Of a stretch of 64,000 bases of DNA, positions 14,102 to 27,231 are shown in pieces (the first letter of the stretch is position 1; each line of letters opens with the position of its first letter). The notes below the pieces were generated by a model that saw only the letters and a program-made list of their open reading frames with translations, ran no database searches and was not told the DNA's origin. Origin of the DNA: Dictyostelium discoideum (Eukaryota); assembly GCA_000004695.1 (NCBI GenBank), contig CM000154.2, positions 1,472,001-1,536,000 on the forward strand, written 5' to 3'. The position numbers and the translations under genes were made by a program.

Positions 14102-14735
14102 TTTGGAAAATTAAAAAAAAGTCAATCCAGTAAAACATTAGGAACCTTAAATTATCAAACCTATGATAATAATTATAAAGATACCAATTATTTAACATCA
14201 AGATGTTTTTTAACACCATCATTAGTTTTAATAAGTGGTGATAATCAATGTATGAATCAATATTCAAATGAAAAAGTTGTAGTAAAAATTACAAATACAT
14301 ATGTGGAAATTATGGAAAAAACAAATTTAGTAAGTTTTTTTTAAAATGAAAAAAAAAAAAAAAAAAAAAAACCAAATTAATTATTTTTTATTTTATTAAT
14401 TTTAAATAATTAATTTTTGATTAATAAAGGTTGTTATAAAAACTTTTTTATTAAGAGATGTTAAAGAATTTATTTTTAATGGTCAATTTTGGGAAATTAT
14501 ATGTAGAAATTCTCAAGGAGAATTTGTAACATATAGTTTCAATGTTTCAAAAGCACATATTTTACAATCAAAAGTAATGGAATTTCTTAAACAAGTACAA
14601 AAAGTAAATATTTTTATAAAAAAAATTAAAAAATCATTAAATATTTTAACTAATTCAATTTTTGTTTAATTATTTATTCAAATATTTTAGGAGGAAGACC
14701 ATAATAGTGAATTCATCCCAAAAATTGTTTATTAA
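14099..14735 (+). CDS. Hypothetical protein of about 149 aa in three exons
   Basis: The exons are 14099..14329, 14430..14603 and 14691..14735. The donors are GTAAGT at 14330 and GTAAAT at 14604. The acceptors are AG at 14428-29 and 14689-90. All junctions are phase 0. The product is MFGKLKKSQSSKTLG...VEIMEKTNL / VVIKTFLLRDVKEFIFNGQFWEIICRNSQGEF... / EEDHNSEFIPKIVY. I recognise no domain. Confidence 0.4.
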
Positions 14736-14831
14736 TTTAAAAAATATTATATATATATATAAACCAAAAAAAATAAAATGTAATCCCCTTTTGTACAATA
14801 GAAATTATTAAATTATAAATATTGTTTAAAT

Positions 14832-14869
<38 letters not shown>

Positions 14870-14879
14870 ATTTTAATTT

Positions 14880-15969
<1,090 letters not shown>

Positions 15970-15994
15970 TCTCTGTATTTATATATATATTTAG

Positions 15995-15995
<1 letters not shown>

Positions 15996-16029
<34 letters not shown>

Positions 16030-16044
16030 GTGTGTTGTGTGTGA
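15996..16044. repeat. (GT)n/(CA)n dinucleotide repeat immediately upstream of the U1A start codon
   Basis: tgtgtgtgtgtgtgtgtgtgtgtgtgttgtgtgttgtgtgtg. It is CA-rich on the coding strand, 30-80 nt upstream of the ATG at 15969. Confidence 0.8.
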
Positions 16045-16573
16045 ATGGAAAGTTTTGAGTTTATTTTGATGTTTTATTTAGATCTGTATTTAATACAACC
16101 AATAAATTTATACTGGAAGGGATATTTTTTTAAAAAAAAAAAAAAAAAGAAAAAAAAAAATGTTGGTTTTAATCGATAGAAATGAAAATGAATAAAAAAA
16201 AAAAAAAATAAAAAAAAAAAAAAAATGTTTTCTAATTTTGAAAATTTTTGAAAAATGAATTTTTTTCATCAATTGACAAATTATTTGTGGGGGTTGGAGT
16301 AAAAATAATAATAAAATAAAATAGAGAATAGTAATAAATAAAATAGGAAAAGAGATTAAAAATGGATTTCATATAACACTATTTAATTAATTTAAAAGAA
16401 AAAAAAAAAGTGTGTAAAAAAAAAAAAATAAAATAAAAAAAAAGCTTTTTTAATAGAGGGTTAAAAAACAACTAGAAATTTAAAAAAAAAAAAAAAAACT
16501 CATTCTATTTATAATCATTATTAATTATTGTCAGAGTTAATTATAATTTTTAAATAATTATAAATTTATTAAA

Positions 16574-16616
<43 letters not shown>

Positions 16617-16762
16617 CCCATGGTTTTTTTAATAAAAAACATAAATAAAAATATAATAAAATTATAATTATTATTAATTAATTTTTTCCAAGAAATAAAA
16701 AATAAAGTTAAAAATAGGTTTGTTATTTAATTTATTTAATTTTTTCATTTTATTTTATTTCA

Positions 16763-16808
<46 letters not shown>

Positions 16809-16950
16809 GATCAAAAATTTTTTTTTTTTTTTTTAATTTTTGTTTTTAAAATATCTTTTTTTTTTTTTTCACCATTATACTTATTTATTTTTTATAATTT
16901 ATATATATGAAATAAAAAAAAAATAAAAAAAAAAATAAAGAAAAATAAAA

Positions 16951-17589
16951 ATGGAAGTAATGGAAATTGATAAAAAAATAAATAAATGTGAAGAATTATT
17001 TTGGAAAGTTATAAGAAATAAATATTTATTTAATTATATATTTCAAGTATTGGAAACAATGCCAATTGAATTCGATTCAGTTAGTAAATATTATATTGGT
17101 AATAGAATTAAATTTAAGAATATAAAGAATTTAGATTGGATGGTTAAACATGGTCAATGGGAAATATTAAGAGATAAATTAATTTCCAGTCAATATATTT
17201 GCATTAATCTTGAAATGATATCACCTTTTCTAATGAAATGTAAAGATGAATCAATATTAGAACTAATGTTTGAAAAAAAGATAACGGAATTAAGACAAAT
17301 CAATATAATTGATTCTTGTGTGTCTAGTGCAAATGAAATATCAATAAATTTCTTTTTATCAAAACTTGAAAATAATCCACACCTTTTGAAAACATCTTTA
17401 CCAATTTATCAATCAACCATTAGAAATTCAATCACAAATTCAACACCTAAAGTATTTGAAAATCTTATAAAAACTCAACCAATTTTAGATGAATCTTTAA
17501 AAGAAAATTGTATTCAATATGCTTTATTAAATAAAAATCATAAAGTTGAAATGATTAAATCTGTTAAAAAATATTTGGAAATTATTTAA
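16951..17589 (+). CDS. Hypothetical protein, 212 aa, single exon
   Basis: The ORF has ordinary amino-acid composition, MEVMEIDKKINKCEELFWKVIRNKYLFNYIFQVLETMP... I recognise no domain. It is flanked by typical A/T-run intergenic DNA. Confidence 0.4.
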   Translation: MEVMEIDKKINKCEELFWKVIRNKYLFNYIFQVLETMPIEFDSVSKYYIGNRIKFKNIKNLDWMVKHGQWEILRDKLISSQYICINLEMISPFLMKCKDESILELMFEKKITELRQINIIDSCVSSANEISINFFLSKLENNPHLLKTSLPIYQSTIRNSITNSTPKVFENLIKTQPILDESLKENCIQYALLNKNHKVEMIKSVKKYLEII

Positions 17590-17691
17590 AAAAATTTAAA
17601 AAAAAAAAAAAAAAAAATTTAAAAAAAAAAAAATAAAATTTAAAAAATAAAATTATTTTTATTATTATTGTTATTATAATTATTTATTTAT

Positions 17692-18102
17692 TTATTTTTG
17701 TGTTTCTTTACTATATGAATATTTAACTTGACAAATTCTAATTTCATAATGTTCATACCAATTTGTTATTCCAAATTTTTGTGCTATTTTATGATTTGAA
17801 TTATCTTTCCAATTTTTAATAGAATTCAAGGATTCCCAATATGAAACTGTGATACCAAATCTTGAATGATCATTTCTTGTAGATTCTATACCAAGATAAC
17901 CATCTTGTGATTTTGCTAATTCATCCATTTCATCTTTATTTTAAAATGTTAATAAACATTAAACCAATGGGTTGGGATATTTTAATATTTTAAAGAAATA
18001 TGTACCTGCCATTTTATTATATTCTTCATTATATTCTGATGTTCTTATACTTGAAAATATACAAGCATAATAATCTTTTTTTGGTGTTTTCGCAAATACC
18101 AT
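17692..18102 (-). CDS. Antibiotic-biosynthesis-monooxygenase (ABM) / dimeric alpha-beta-barrel family small protein in two exons
   Basis: The exons are 18102..18006 and 17933..17692. The donor is GTACAT, phase 1. The acceptor is AG at 17935-34. The product is MVFAKTPKKDYYACIFSSIRTSEYNEEYNKMA-D-EMDELAKSQDGYLGIESTRNDHSRFGITVSYWESLNSIKNWKDNSNHKIAQKFGITNWYEHYEIRICQV, which carries the ABM hallmark ...SYWES.EA..AW..S..H..A...G..WY..Y.IR... Confidence 0.6.
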
Positions 18103-18103
18103 C

Positions 18104-18134
<31 letters not shown>

Positions 18135-18396
18135 TTAAAAATGAAAAAAAAAATAAAAAATTATTTTTGTGGAAAAAAAAAAAAAAAAAAACAAAAAAAA
18201 AAAGTAATATAATAATTTAATTTGTGAAGATTTTTTTATTTACAATTTTGTGTTTAGATTAATTTATATATAGGGTTGTTTTTTTTTATTTTTTTTTTAT
18301 TTTTTTTATTTTTTTATTTTTTTTTTTTTTTATTTAATTGAAATTAAAAACTTTGGAAAAGAGAAATATACAATTTGAAATTCAATTTGAATTTAT

Positions 18397-18660
18397 TCAT
18401 CCAAGTAAATAATGTTCATCAACTTCTGGGTCAAATTCTCTAGAGTTATCAATATGTGGCCAAACTAAACCTTCAACTGGCTTTTGAACTAAATTGTCAT
18501 CAAGATTTCTATCAACTCTTTTAACTGGTCGTGGATCAAACTCATCGTCAAGTTCTTTATCAACCTTGAATCTAACAGATTTTGGCTTTAATGCATCCTT
18601 GGCTGCTTTAAAATTAGCAGAATCCATAACCTCTTCATCTACATTTGAATGTGTGTTTCC

Positions 18661-18663
<3 letters not shown>
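18397..18663 (-). CDS. Small acidic protein of 88 aa with an N-terminal MGxxxS N-myristoylation motif. It is paralog 1 of a tandem pair.
   Basis: The sequence is MGNTHSNVDEEVMDSANFKAAKDALKPKS...GLVWPHIDNSREFDPEVDEHYLLG. It shares its N-terminus, the GLVWPH motif and the DEHYLLG C-terminus with the ORF at 19224..19445. The 3' flanks are also similar (…aaaactttggaaaagag). Confidence 0.5.
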
Positions 18664-18692
<29 letters not shown>

Positions 18693-19223
18693 TTTTTTTT
18701 TTTTTTTTTAAAAAGTAAATATTTGTTTTTTTTTTTTAAATAAATATTATTATTTTTTAAAAATTAAGGTTTGTATTTTTAAAGTTTTGTTAAAATTATA
18801 AAAATCTATTTAAATTAAAAAAAAAAAAAAAAAAAAAAAATATTTTAATTTAAAATAAAAAAAAAAAAAAAATAATAAAAAAAAAAAAAAAATTAAAATA
18901 AAATTAAAAAAACCTTTTTTTTCCCTTATTTAAATAAAACCTTGGTATCTATTAAAAATTTTTCAATTTTAAATTTCCAATTTCCAATTTCCAAAAGGTG
19001 GAATTGAATTAAGATTAAAAAAAAAAAAATAAAAAAAAATTAAATTTGGGTTGCAATTCTATATATTTTGAAATATATTAATTTTTTATTTACAAATGTG
19101 TATAGATATTTTTAATTTTTATTTTTATTTTTATTTTTTTTTATTTTTATTTTTATTTTTGTTTGAATTGAAACTAAAACTTTGGAAAAGAGTTAAACCG
19201 CACAATTATTTGAATTTATTTAT

Positions 19224-19445
19224 TTATCCAAGTAAATAATGTTCGTCAAATTCTGGGTAAAGTTCTCTAAAGTTATCATTATGTGGCCAAACTAAACCTT
19301 CATCTGGTTTTTGATATAAACGATCATTAAGATTTCTATCGACCTTGGATTTGTTAACAATTTTAGGATTTAATGGTTCTTTGGGTGGTTGGAATTTATT
19401 TGAATCCATATTCCATTCACTTAAATTTGATTGTGTATTTCCCAT
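19224..19445 (-). CDS. Small acidic protein of 73 aa with an MGxxxS N-myristoylation motif. It is paralog 2 of the tandem pair.
   Basis: The sequence is MGNTQSNLSEWNMDSNKFQPPKEPLNPK...GLVWPHNDNFRELYPEFDEHYLLG. The ends of the coding sequence are conserved between the two copies, which argues that both are real genes. Confidence 0.5.
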   Translation of the reverse strand: MGNTQSNLSEWNMDSNKFQPPKEPLNPKIVNKSKVDRNLNDRLYQKPDEGLVWPHNDNFRELYPEFDEHYLLG

Positions 19446-20015
19446 TATTATTATTATTAAAATTATTATTTTTTTTTATTTAATTTTTTTATTGTTATTG
19501 GTTTTATTATTTTTTGAAACTAAATAATACTAATATCCAATTTTTTTTTTTTTTTGTTTGGAAAAAAAAAAAAAAAATTAATTAAAAAAAAAAAAAAAAA
19601 AAAAAATTAAATTTAAATAAATTTACCTTTACCTTTTTTTTTTTCCCTTAATTAAATTATAAACTTCCAATTGTTAAAAGGTTATTTATAAAAAAAAAAA
19701 AAAAAAAATTTTTGTTTGTTTAGTGAAATTCGGAAAGACACTCTGTTTTTAAAAAAAAAAAAAAATAATAATTAAAAAATAGATTTTTTTCCTAATTTGA
19801 GGTTTCTTTATAGAAAAATTGTTTAAACAATTTTAATTTTTTTATTTGTAATTATTTTAATTTACATTTTTATTTTATAAATTATTATTATTATAAATAA
19901 AATTTTTGTTATTATAATATTAAAATTATTGTTGTTTTATTACAATAATTTTTTTTTTTTTTGAATAAAAATAAAAGGAAAAAAAGAAAAAAAAGGAAAA
20001 AAAAAAAAAAGACTG

Positions 20016-21273
20016 TTAATCGAGAGATACTTGATCAGAAGTTGCACCATATAATGATCTTAATTTTTTTAAACTTTCGGATTCTTCTTTTGGTTGTTTT
20101 TCTGTTGTAGTAGTTGCAGTTGTAGTAGTTGTTGTTGTTTCTTTTTGAGTTGAATTATTTTTTGAATCCCTATCTCTACTATTACTTCTTGATCTACTTC
20201 TTTTTCTACCTCCATAGGTTCTACCGTCTTCTGAATCATCATCATCGTCACTATAATAACTGTCTCTTTTATAACCATTACCATTACCACCACTACTACT
20301 ACTATAATCACGGTCTCTATCTCTATCATTACTACGACTTTTACTGTAGTCATCATAGTCATCTCTTTTGCTATAATTTCTACCACCACTACCACTGCTT
20401 TTATTTCTTTCATTTTTAAAACGTTCTAATTCTTCAGCATAAGAATCTTTTCCATTATCATCATTATTGTATCTACTATTATTTCTATAACTATCTCTAT
20501 AGTTATCTCTGTAGCTATCTCTATTATCTCTATCTCTATCTCTACTATATGAATCTCTATCTCTGTAACTATCCCTGTGGTTATCTCTACTATCCCTACT
20601 ATCTCTACTATCCCTACTATACCTGTAGTTATCTCTACTATCTCTACTATCTCTACTATCCCTACTATCTCTATTATCCCTATTATCTCTATTATCTCTA
20701 CTATATGAATCTTTTTTTGTATTATTATTATTATTATTATAAGTTAAATTATTTTCTATTTCATAATCTTTAATTTTCTTATCTAAATCTTGTTGAATTT
20801 TAGTTGGTATTCTTGGGAGTACAGTTCCAGAGAATTTATTATCTTTTAAAAGGTCCAATAGAAATCTTTGAATTGTAACTTCAGTATTTTTTGAAATGAA
20901 TACTGTTTCTTGATCATCCAAATAATCGACATACCAATCCCAAAGATTTGCTGGTGGATGACAATAACGAAGATACAATGCACCAATGGCTCTAATATAT
21001 GGTGATTCATTATTACCCAATAATCCTTTCATTTGCTTCACTGTTAATTTCATTAAAAAGAATTTATACAATAAACAAAAAGTAGTTGATGGTGTTTTTG
21101 TATTTGGTATATATGGTGCTAAAATCTCTACATTTCTTTTAATTTCTTCAATTACTTCATGATATGATCTCTTTGGACTAATTTAATTTTTTTTTTGAAA
21201 AAAAAAAAAAAAAAAATAAAAAAAATAAAAAATAAAAAAAATAAAAAGAAATGTTAATATAATTTATTTGTTT

Positions 21274-21312
<39 letters not shown>

Positions 21313-21496
21313 TATATTATAAATATTATATATTTTTGTATTTTACCAATAATTTTTATAAATTCTATATTATCAAGAATAATGAATCGCTAAATACTTA
21401 CTATAAATTTTTAAAGTATAATGAAGATTGAATGTTTGTTAATAAAACATTATCCAAATTCATGGATTTTTCATTTCCAAATGTTTCGAGTGACAT
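20016..21496 (-). CDS. Pre-mRNA splicing factor PRP38 with a C-terminal RS/RD-repeat domain, in two exons
   Basis: The exons are 21496..21402 and 21177..20016. The donor is GTAAGT at 21401-21396. The acceptor is AG at 21179-78. The product is MSLETFGNEKSMNLDNVLLTNIQSSLYFKNL-Y-PKRSYHEVIEEIKRNVEILAPYIPNTKTPSTTFCLLYKFFLMKLTVKQMKGLLGNNESPYIRAIGALYLRYCHPPANLWDWYVDYLDDQE..., which is the PRP38 family core. It is followed by (RDS/RDN)n repeats. Confidence 0.85.
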
Positions 21497-22027
21497 ATTT
21501 AAAATTTTAAATAAAAAGTAAATAAAAAATTAATAATAACTTTAAAAAAAAATAAAAAAAAAAAGTGAGGTTTAAAAAAAAAAAAAAAAAAAGTGGAGTA
21601 TAAAAAAAAAAAAAATTCTAGTTGTTGAAAATTCAAAAAAATAAAAAAAAAAAAAAATATAAAAAAAGTGAAGTATAAAAAAAAAAAAAAAAAGAAAAAA
21701 AAGAAAAAAAAAAAAAAAAAGAAAGTTAAAATAAGAAAGTAATTAAAAGAGAATAAATTTACAAAAACTAATCAAACATCTGTTTCGTTATTTTCATTAA
21801 AAATGGTGAAAAAAATAAAATAAAAAAAAAAAAAAAATAAAAAAAAAGTTTTTCATTTTTCGAAAAAACTTTTTTTTTTTTTTTATTCATTTCTCATTTT
21901 TTTAGTTCATTTATTTTAATAATTATCTGTTTTATTTACAAATTTCTTTTTTAAATAGAAAATATATAAATATATATAACAGTAATCTCTTTTTTTTGTA
22001 AAAAAAAAGAGATAATTATAAAATAAA

Positions 22028-22190
22028 ATGGATCCAGAATCAGTTGGATATTGTAATAATCCCGACTTTCTTCATAAGGGGTCAATGGATGAATTATACA
22101 ATATATCAAAATTAACAGATGATATTAAACCAGTTGAAGTAATTATTTTTATTATATTATTATTATTATCAATTAAAATTTTAATATTAA

Positions 22191-22228
<38 letters not shown>

Positions 22229-25200
22229 TCAAATATTATAGGAAAAATGGAAATTAGTACCAGCATTTATGAAATGTAGAGGTTTAGTAAAACAACATAT
22301 AGATTCATTTAATTTTTTTATAAATGTTGAAATGAAAAAGATTGTTAAAGCAAATGAAAGACTTACAGCAGAAAATGATCCTTCATATTTTGTAAGGTTT
22401 GTATCCTAAAATATATTAATATATATATATATATATTAATCATAATTATGCTCGCGTAGGTATGAAAATAAATATTAATTAATTATTATTTATATGTATG
22501 TATGTATGTATGTATGTATATAGATTCACAGATATTAATGTTGGATCACCAACATCAACAGAGGATAATTTAGATTCAGTTCAATTAACACCACAAAGAT
22601 GTAGACTTAGAGATATGACATATTCAGCACCAATCTTTGTTAATATAGAGTATACACGTAATAAACAAATCATATCAAAGAGAGATGTACATATTGGTAA
22701 TATACCAATTATGTTACGTAGTAGTAATTGTGTTTTATCAAAGAAAACACCAGAACAAATGGCGGCATTGGGTGAATGTCCAATGGATCCAGGTGGTTAT
22801 TTCATAGTTAGAGGACAAGAGAAGGTTATTTTAAATCATGAACAGTTATCAAAGAATCGTATTATCATTGAGATGGATTCAAAGGGATTGCCATCGGCAT
22901 CGGTAACTTCATCAACACACGAACGTAAATCAAGAACTGGTGTAACACTAAAGAATGAGAAACTCTACTTAAAGCATAACACCTTTGGTGAAGATATACC
23001 AGTGGCAATTGTGTTGAAAGGTATGGGTGTTGAAACCGATCAAGAGATGGCACAGTTGGTGGGGTCCGATGATGTTTTCCTCAACGCAATCACTCCATCA
23101 TTGGAGGAGTGTCAAAAATGTGGTGTGCACACTGCCGCCCAAGCATTGGATTATTTGGGTAGTCGTATTAAAGTTTTCCGTAGACCTTATGGTGTGCAAA
23201 ATAAAAAGACAAAGTCAGAGGAGGCTCGTGATATTTTAGCGGGTGTGGTACTTAATCATGTGCCAGTACGTCGTTACAATTTCAGATTGAAGGTTATTTA
23301 TCTCTCTCTTATGATTCGTCGTATTATTATGGCATCAAAGGACAAGAGTTGCCTCGACGATAAAGATTACTATGGTAATAAAAGAATAGAGTTATCGGGT
23401 CAATTGATATCACTACTCTTTGAAGATTGTTTTAAAAAGTTTCAAAGTGAATTAAAGAAATCAGTGGATCAAGCAATTGCCAAAGCTAATCGTGCAGAGA
23501 ATTTAGATTTACCCAAATTAATTCGTACCGATACAATCACCAATGGGTTCACACATGCGATCTCTAGTGGTCAATGGAATTTAAAACGTTTTAGAATGGA
23601 ACGTTCTGGTGTATCACAAGTTTTATCACGTCTTTCCTATATCTCTTGTATGGGTATGATGACACGTATTCAATCACAATTTGAGAAAACTCGTAAAGTG
23701 GCTGGTCCACGTTCACTTCAACCATCACAATGGGGTATGTTATGTCCATCCGATACACCTGAAGGTGAGGCTTGTCTACATCCTGACACAATAATCACAA
23801 TGTCCAATGGTCAACAAAAACCAATACGTCAATTAAAAGATGGTGATTCAATCATCACTCTAGATCCAATCACTATGGAAGCACATTCAACTCGTATCTA
23901 TTCACATTTCATTAAATCCTCTTCACAATATGGTAAACAATTATTAAAAATAACTACAATCACTGGTAAAGAAATCATTTGTACAAATGATCATAGATTC
24001 TTAACTTCAAATGGTAATTGGAAACAATCAAAAGATTTATTATTAAATGATAAATTATTTTTAATTTCTTCATCAAATCAATTAGAATTTAATAATAATA
24101 ATAATGAAAATAATAATGAGAATAATAATGATATAATTGAAATTTTAAATGAAAATCAATTAATTAATCAAGGAGTAGTACCAATTAAGATTATTCAAGA
24201 ATTAAAATCAATTGAATTATTACCTTTATTAAATAATAATGAAAAGTTAATTACAATTTCAAGAATTATAGGTTCAATTGATAAAATTGGTTCAAATAAA
24301 CAAAATGAACCAATCATTCAATATCAATTTAATTTAATTTCAGATTTTGATCAATTTTTAAAAGATTTACAATATTTAGGTTTTATAAATCCAATTTATA
24401 AATTAAATGAAGAACAACAACAACAACAACAACAAAAAATAGATCATCAACAACAACAACAACAACAAGTAGAACAACAACAAAAATCAATTATTATAGA
24501 TTTTATTGGTAGTTCATTTGGATATTTTATTCAATCACTTTTAAATGAAAAAAATTGGATTGAAAAATCAAATAATCAATTTGTTAAAAAAGAATTTTTA
24601 TCAAGTTTTATTAGTAATGTAAATAGAATTCAATTTAATATTATTGAAGAAATTAATCAACAAAATAATGATTCAAATTTTAAAATTTTATTAAATTATA
24701 AACAACAAAAACAACAACAAAATGAAAAAGAAGAAAGAGCAGTAGTAGATCATGATAATGAAATATTTAATATTAAATCATTACAAATTTTATTAAATCA
24801 ATTTAATGTTATATCAAGTATTGATTTTGAAGAATCAAATTTAATTATAATTAATTCAAGTTTAAAAAAGTTTATTGATTTAATTAATATTAAATTTAAT
24901 CAAAAATTAAATAATCAAATTATACAAATTAGAGAATATTTAAATTATATAAATTATAATAATAATAATAATAATAATGAAGAAATTAATATAAAAAAGA
25001 AAGATTTTGGTTATTTTAAAAAATTAAAAATTAAAAGAAATAGTTTTGAAATTGAAATTGAAAAGATTGAACAATTAAATTATCAAGATTGTCCAGAGAT
25101 TTCAGATTTTACAACAGAATCAGATTATCATAGTATGATTAGTAATGGTTTCGTTAGTCATAACTGTGGTTTGGTAAAGAATTTTGCATTGATGAGTCAT

Positions 25201-27084
25201 GTAACCACTGATGATTCAGAAGGTCCTTTACTTAGATTAGCATACAATTTAGGTGTACAAGATATTCTATTGGTAACTGGTGAAGAGTTAAATTCAAGAA
25301 ATGCATATTTAGTATTATTAAATGGTCAGATCATTGGTATTCATAATTCACCCGATTATTTTGTAACTACTCTAAGAAAGATGAGAAGAGCTGGTAGAAT
25401 TAGAGAATTTGTTTCAATTTGTAAGAATAAGGCTCAACAAACTATTTCAGTTGCATGTGATGGTGGAAGATTGTGTAGACCTGTTATTATTGTAGATGAT
25501 CAACGTCCAAGATTAACTCAAGAACATATTGAAGATTTAAAAGATGGTCTTAGAACATTTGATGATTTCATTAGAGAAGGTATCATTGAATATTTGGATG
25601 TGAATGAAGAGAATGATAGTTTCTTGGCATGGAGAGAGGCAGCTATTCAACCATGGACAACCCATCTCGAGATTGAACCATTCACAATGTTGGGTTGTGT
25701 AGCTGGTTTAATTCCATATCCACATCATAATCAATCACCACGTAATACCTATCAATGTGCTATGGGTAAGCAAGCAATTGGTGCAATCGCTTACAATCAA
25801 TTGACTCGTATCGATACATTACTCTATCTATTGGTACATACTCAACGTCCATTATGTCAAACACGTACAATCGATCTATTGAATTGGTATAAATTACCAG
25901 CTGGTCATAATGCCACCGTGGCGGTAATGTCCTACTCTGGCTATGATATTGAAGATGCTTTGGTCATGAATAAAGCCTCATTGGATCGTGGTTTCGGTCG
26001 TTGTATCGTATTGAAAAAACAAGTTACCTCAATCAAAAAACATGGTAATGATACATCGGATCGTATTTTCCCACCAACTCCAAACGATTTGAGACAACCA
26101 AAATATGGTCTCTTGGATAGTGATGGTATCGCAAAACCAGGTGAACTCGCTCAAAAAGGTCAAATTTTAGTAAACAAATATTCACCATTGAATACCATCG
26201 ATGCAACACCAAATCCAGAACTCATACCAGACTCTGCCTATAAATCAAGTTATATGGGTTATAAATATGATAATCCTGCATTCATCGATAAGGTCCTTTT
26301 GACAAGTGGTGATGATGAACAATTACTCATTAAAATGTTAATGAGAAGTACTCGTCGTCCAGAGTTGGGTGATAAATTCTCTTCACGTCATGGTCAAAAA
26401 GGTGTTTGTGGTATCATTGTCAAACAAGAAGATATGCCATTCTCTGATCTAGGTATTTGTCCAGACATTATTATGAATCCTCATGGTTTCCCATCTCGTA
26501 TGACTATTGGTAAAATGATTGAATTGTTGGCTGGTAAAGCGGGTGTCTTGAGTGGTAAATTTGGTTTTGGTACTTGTTTTGGTGGTGATCGTGTTGAAAA
26601 TATCTCCAAAGTACTCATTAGCAAAGGTTTCAGTTATGGTGGTAAAGATTATGTTACCAGTGGTGTAACTGGTGAACCATTGGCATGTTTCATCTTTTTC
26701 GGACCAATCTTTTATCAAAAACTCAAGCATATGGTCATGGATAAAATGCATGCTCGTGCTCGTGGTCCAACAGTAACTCTAACAAGACAACCTACCGAAG
26801 GTAGAGCAAGAGGTGGTGGTCTTCGTTTAGGTGAGATGGAAAGAGATTGTCTCATTGGTTATGGTGCTTCAGCTCTCATCATGGAAAGATTAATGATCTC
26901 CTCTGATAGATTCACAGTTTATGCTTGTAAAAATTGTGGTTTCCTTGGTTATGAAGGTTATTGTCAATATTGTAAGAGTAGTGTCGATATCTCAACAATT
27001 CAAATACCATATGCTTGTAAATTATTATTCCAAGAATTACAAGCAATGAATATTGTACCACGTCTTAAACTAGTTGATTCTTAA
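22028..27084 (+). CDS. rpc2: DNA-directed RNA polymerase III second-largest subunit (RPC2/POLR3B) in three exons. It is interrupted by an in-frame intein.
   Basis: The exons are 22028..22138, 22242..22396 and 22524..27084. The introns run GTAATT...AG and GTTTGT...AG. Intron 2 contains (TATG)n. The N-terminus is MDPESVGY...KPVE / [39 protein letters not shown]... / FTDINVGSP...[20 protein letters not shown]. The C-terminus [59 protein letters not shown]...[11 protein letters not shown] is Pol III-specific (POLR3B-like), not RPB2 or RPA2. Confidence 0.9.
23773..25164 (+). other. Intein of 464 aa (a Hint domain with a degenerate LAGLIDADG-like core) inside the RPC2 coding sequence
   Basis: The extein junctions are ...[14 protein letters not shown] | [31 protein letters not shown]...TNDHRFLT...ISNGFVSHN | [10 protein letters not shown]. 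The first residue is Cys. TxxH is Hint block B. The C-terminus is HN, and the +1 residue is Cys. The element is in frame and is not bounded by GT/AG. Confidence 0.8.
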
Positions 27085-27231
27085 AAACAATAATAAAATA
27101 ATTATAAAAAAAAAATAATACAATTAAAAAATAATAATAATAATAATAATAATAAACATAATAAAATATATTAACAACAGCAACAACAACAACAATAATA
27201 ATCATTTATTTTTATTTTTATTTTATTTTTT

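Noticed and set aside
22498-22523. Apparent start MYVCMYVYR of the big polymerase ORF
   Set aside because: It is translation of the (TATG)n tract inside intron 2. The real exon 3 starts at 22524 after the tatatag acceptor, and exons 1-2 lie upstream at 22028 and 22242.
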